From positions 802 to 64,801 of the forward strand of contig JBFWRV010000025.1 of assembly GCA_050248715.1 (NCBI GenBank): a DNA stretch of 64,000 nucleotides. Reading direction: 5' to 3'. The notes beneath the pieces were generated by a model that was not told the origin of the DNA, did no database searches, and saw only the letters and a list, made by a program, of their open reading frames with translations. This document shows, piece by piece, positions 63,974-64,000 of this stretch. Position 1 is the stretch's first letter, and every line of letters begins with the position of its first letter. Both the position numbers and the translations under genes were made by a program. Source of the stretch: Hyphomicrobiaceae bacterium (lineage in GTDB: Bacteria; Pseudomonadota; Alphaproteobacteria; Rhizobiales; Hyphomicrobiaceae).

Positions 63974-64000
63974 AATGGCATTTCCTTCAAAGCCCGCGCG

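Overview
High-GC chromosomal segment that looks alphaproteobacterial. A Rhizobiales/Bradyrhizobiaceae origin is my inference from the protein families and the palindromic intergenic repeats, not a search result. I count about 58 credible protein genes and saw no rRNA, tRNA or CRISPR array by eye. The content is dominated by CoA-thioester and C1 metabolism.

Gene content in order:
(1) A 5'-truncated biotin carboxylase plus BCCP, then an IS3 OrfA remnant and a visibly more AT-rich patch holding a secreted 2H phosphoesterase, a gutted M20 amidohydrolase and a YeaQ-type membrane protein.
(2) A family III CoA-transferase and acyl-CoA dehydrogenase (ACAD) pair.
(3) tctA-tctC-tctB, divergent from a GntR/FadR regulator, with twin TGGTATACCA palindromes in the spacer. 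An oxalate module follows: oxc, frc, a stand-alone ALDH1L1-N-terminal-like formyltransferase, and fhs.
(4) recQ.
(5) An RraA-like/MFS/Gfo-Idh-MocA unit bracketed by two paralogous secreted Cys proteins.
(6) An ADP-forming acyl-CoA synthetase and a lipoprotein S1 protease.
(7) An acyl-CoA ligase divergent from a LivKHMGF-type importer, a 4-OT tautomerase, an SMP-30 lactonase and an SDR.
(8) TenA, a PD-(D/E)xK + winged-helix protein, and a GMC oxidoreductase.
(9) A roughly 13-kb cluster: two luciferase-like oxidoreductases, a second Oxc-family (HACL-like) ThDP enzyme, an MFE-2-like SDR, a family III CoA-transferase/racemase, an epoxide-hydrolase-type hydrolase, a MaoC hydratase, tandem ACADs and a 2OG oxygenase.
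(10) An amino-acid ABC binding protein plus two permeases joined directly to soxBDAG.
(11) amn.

At least six families of REP/MITE-like palindromic repeats fill most intergenic spacers, and one sits inside an open reading frame.

The best candidates for something undescribed are (a) the formyltransferase between frc and fhs, as a possible formyl-CoA/THF shuttle, and (b) the HACL-centred cluster, which resembles the peroxisomal alpha-/R-specific beta-oxidation toolkit. Both are hypotheses from motif reading and gene order. No database search was possible.
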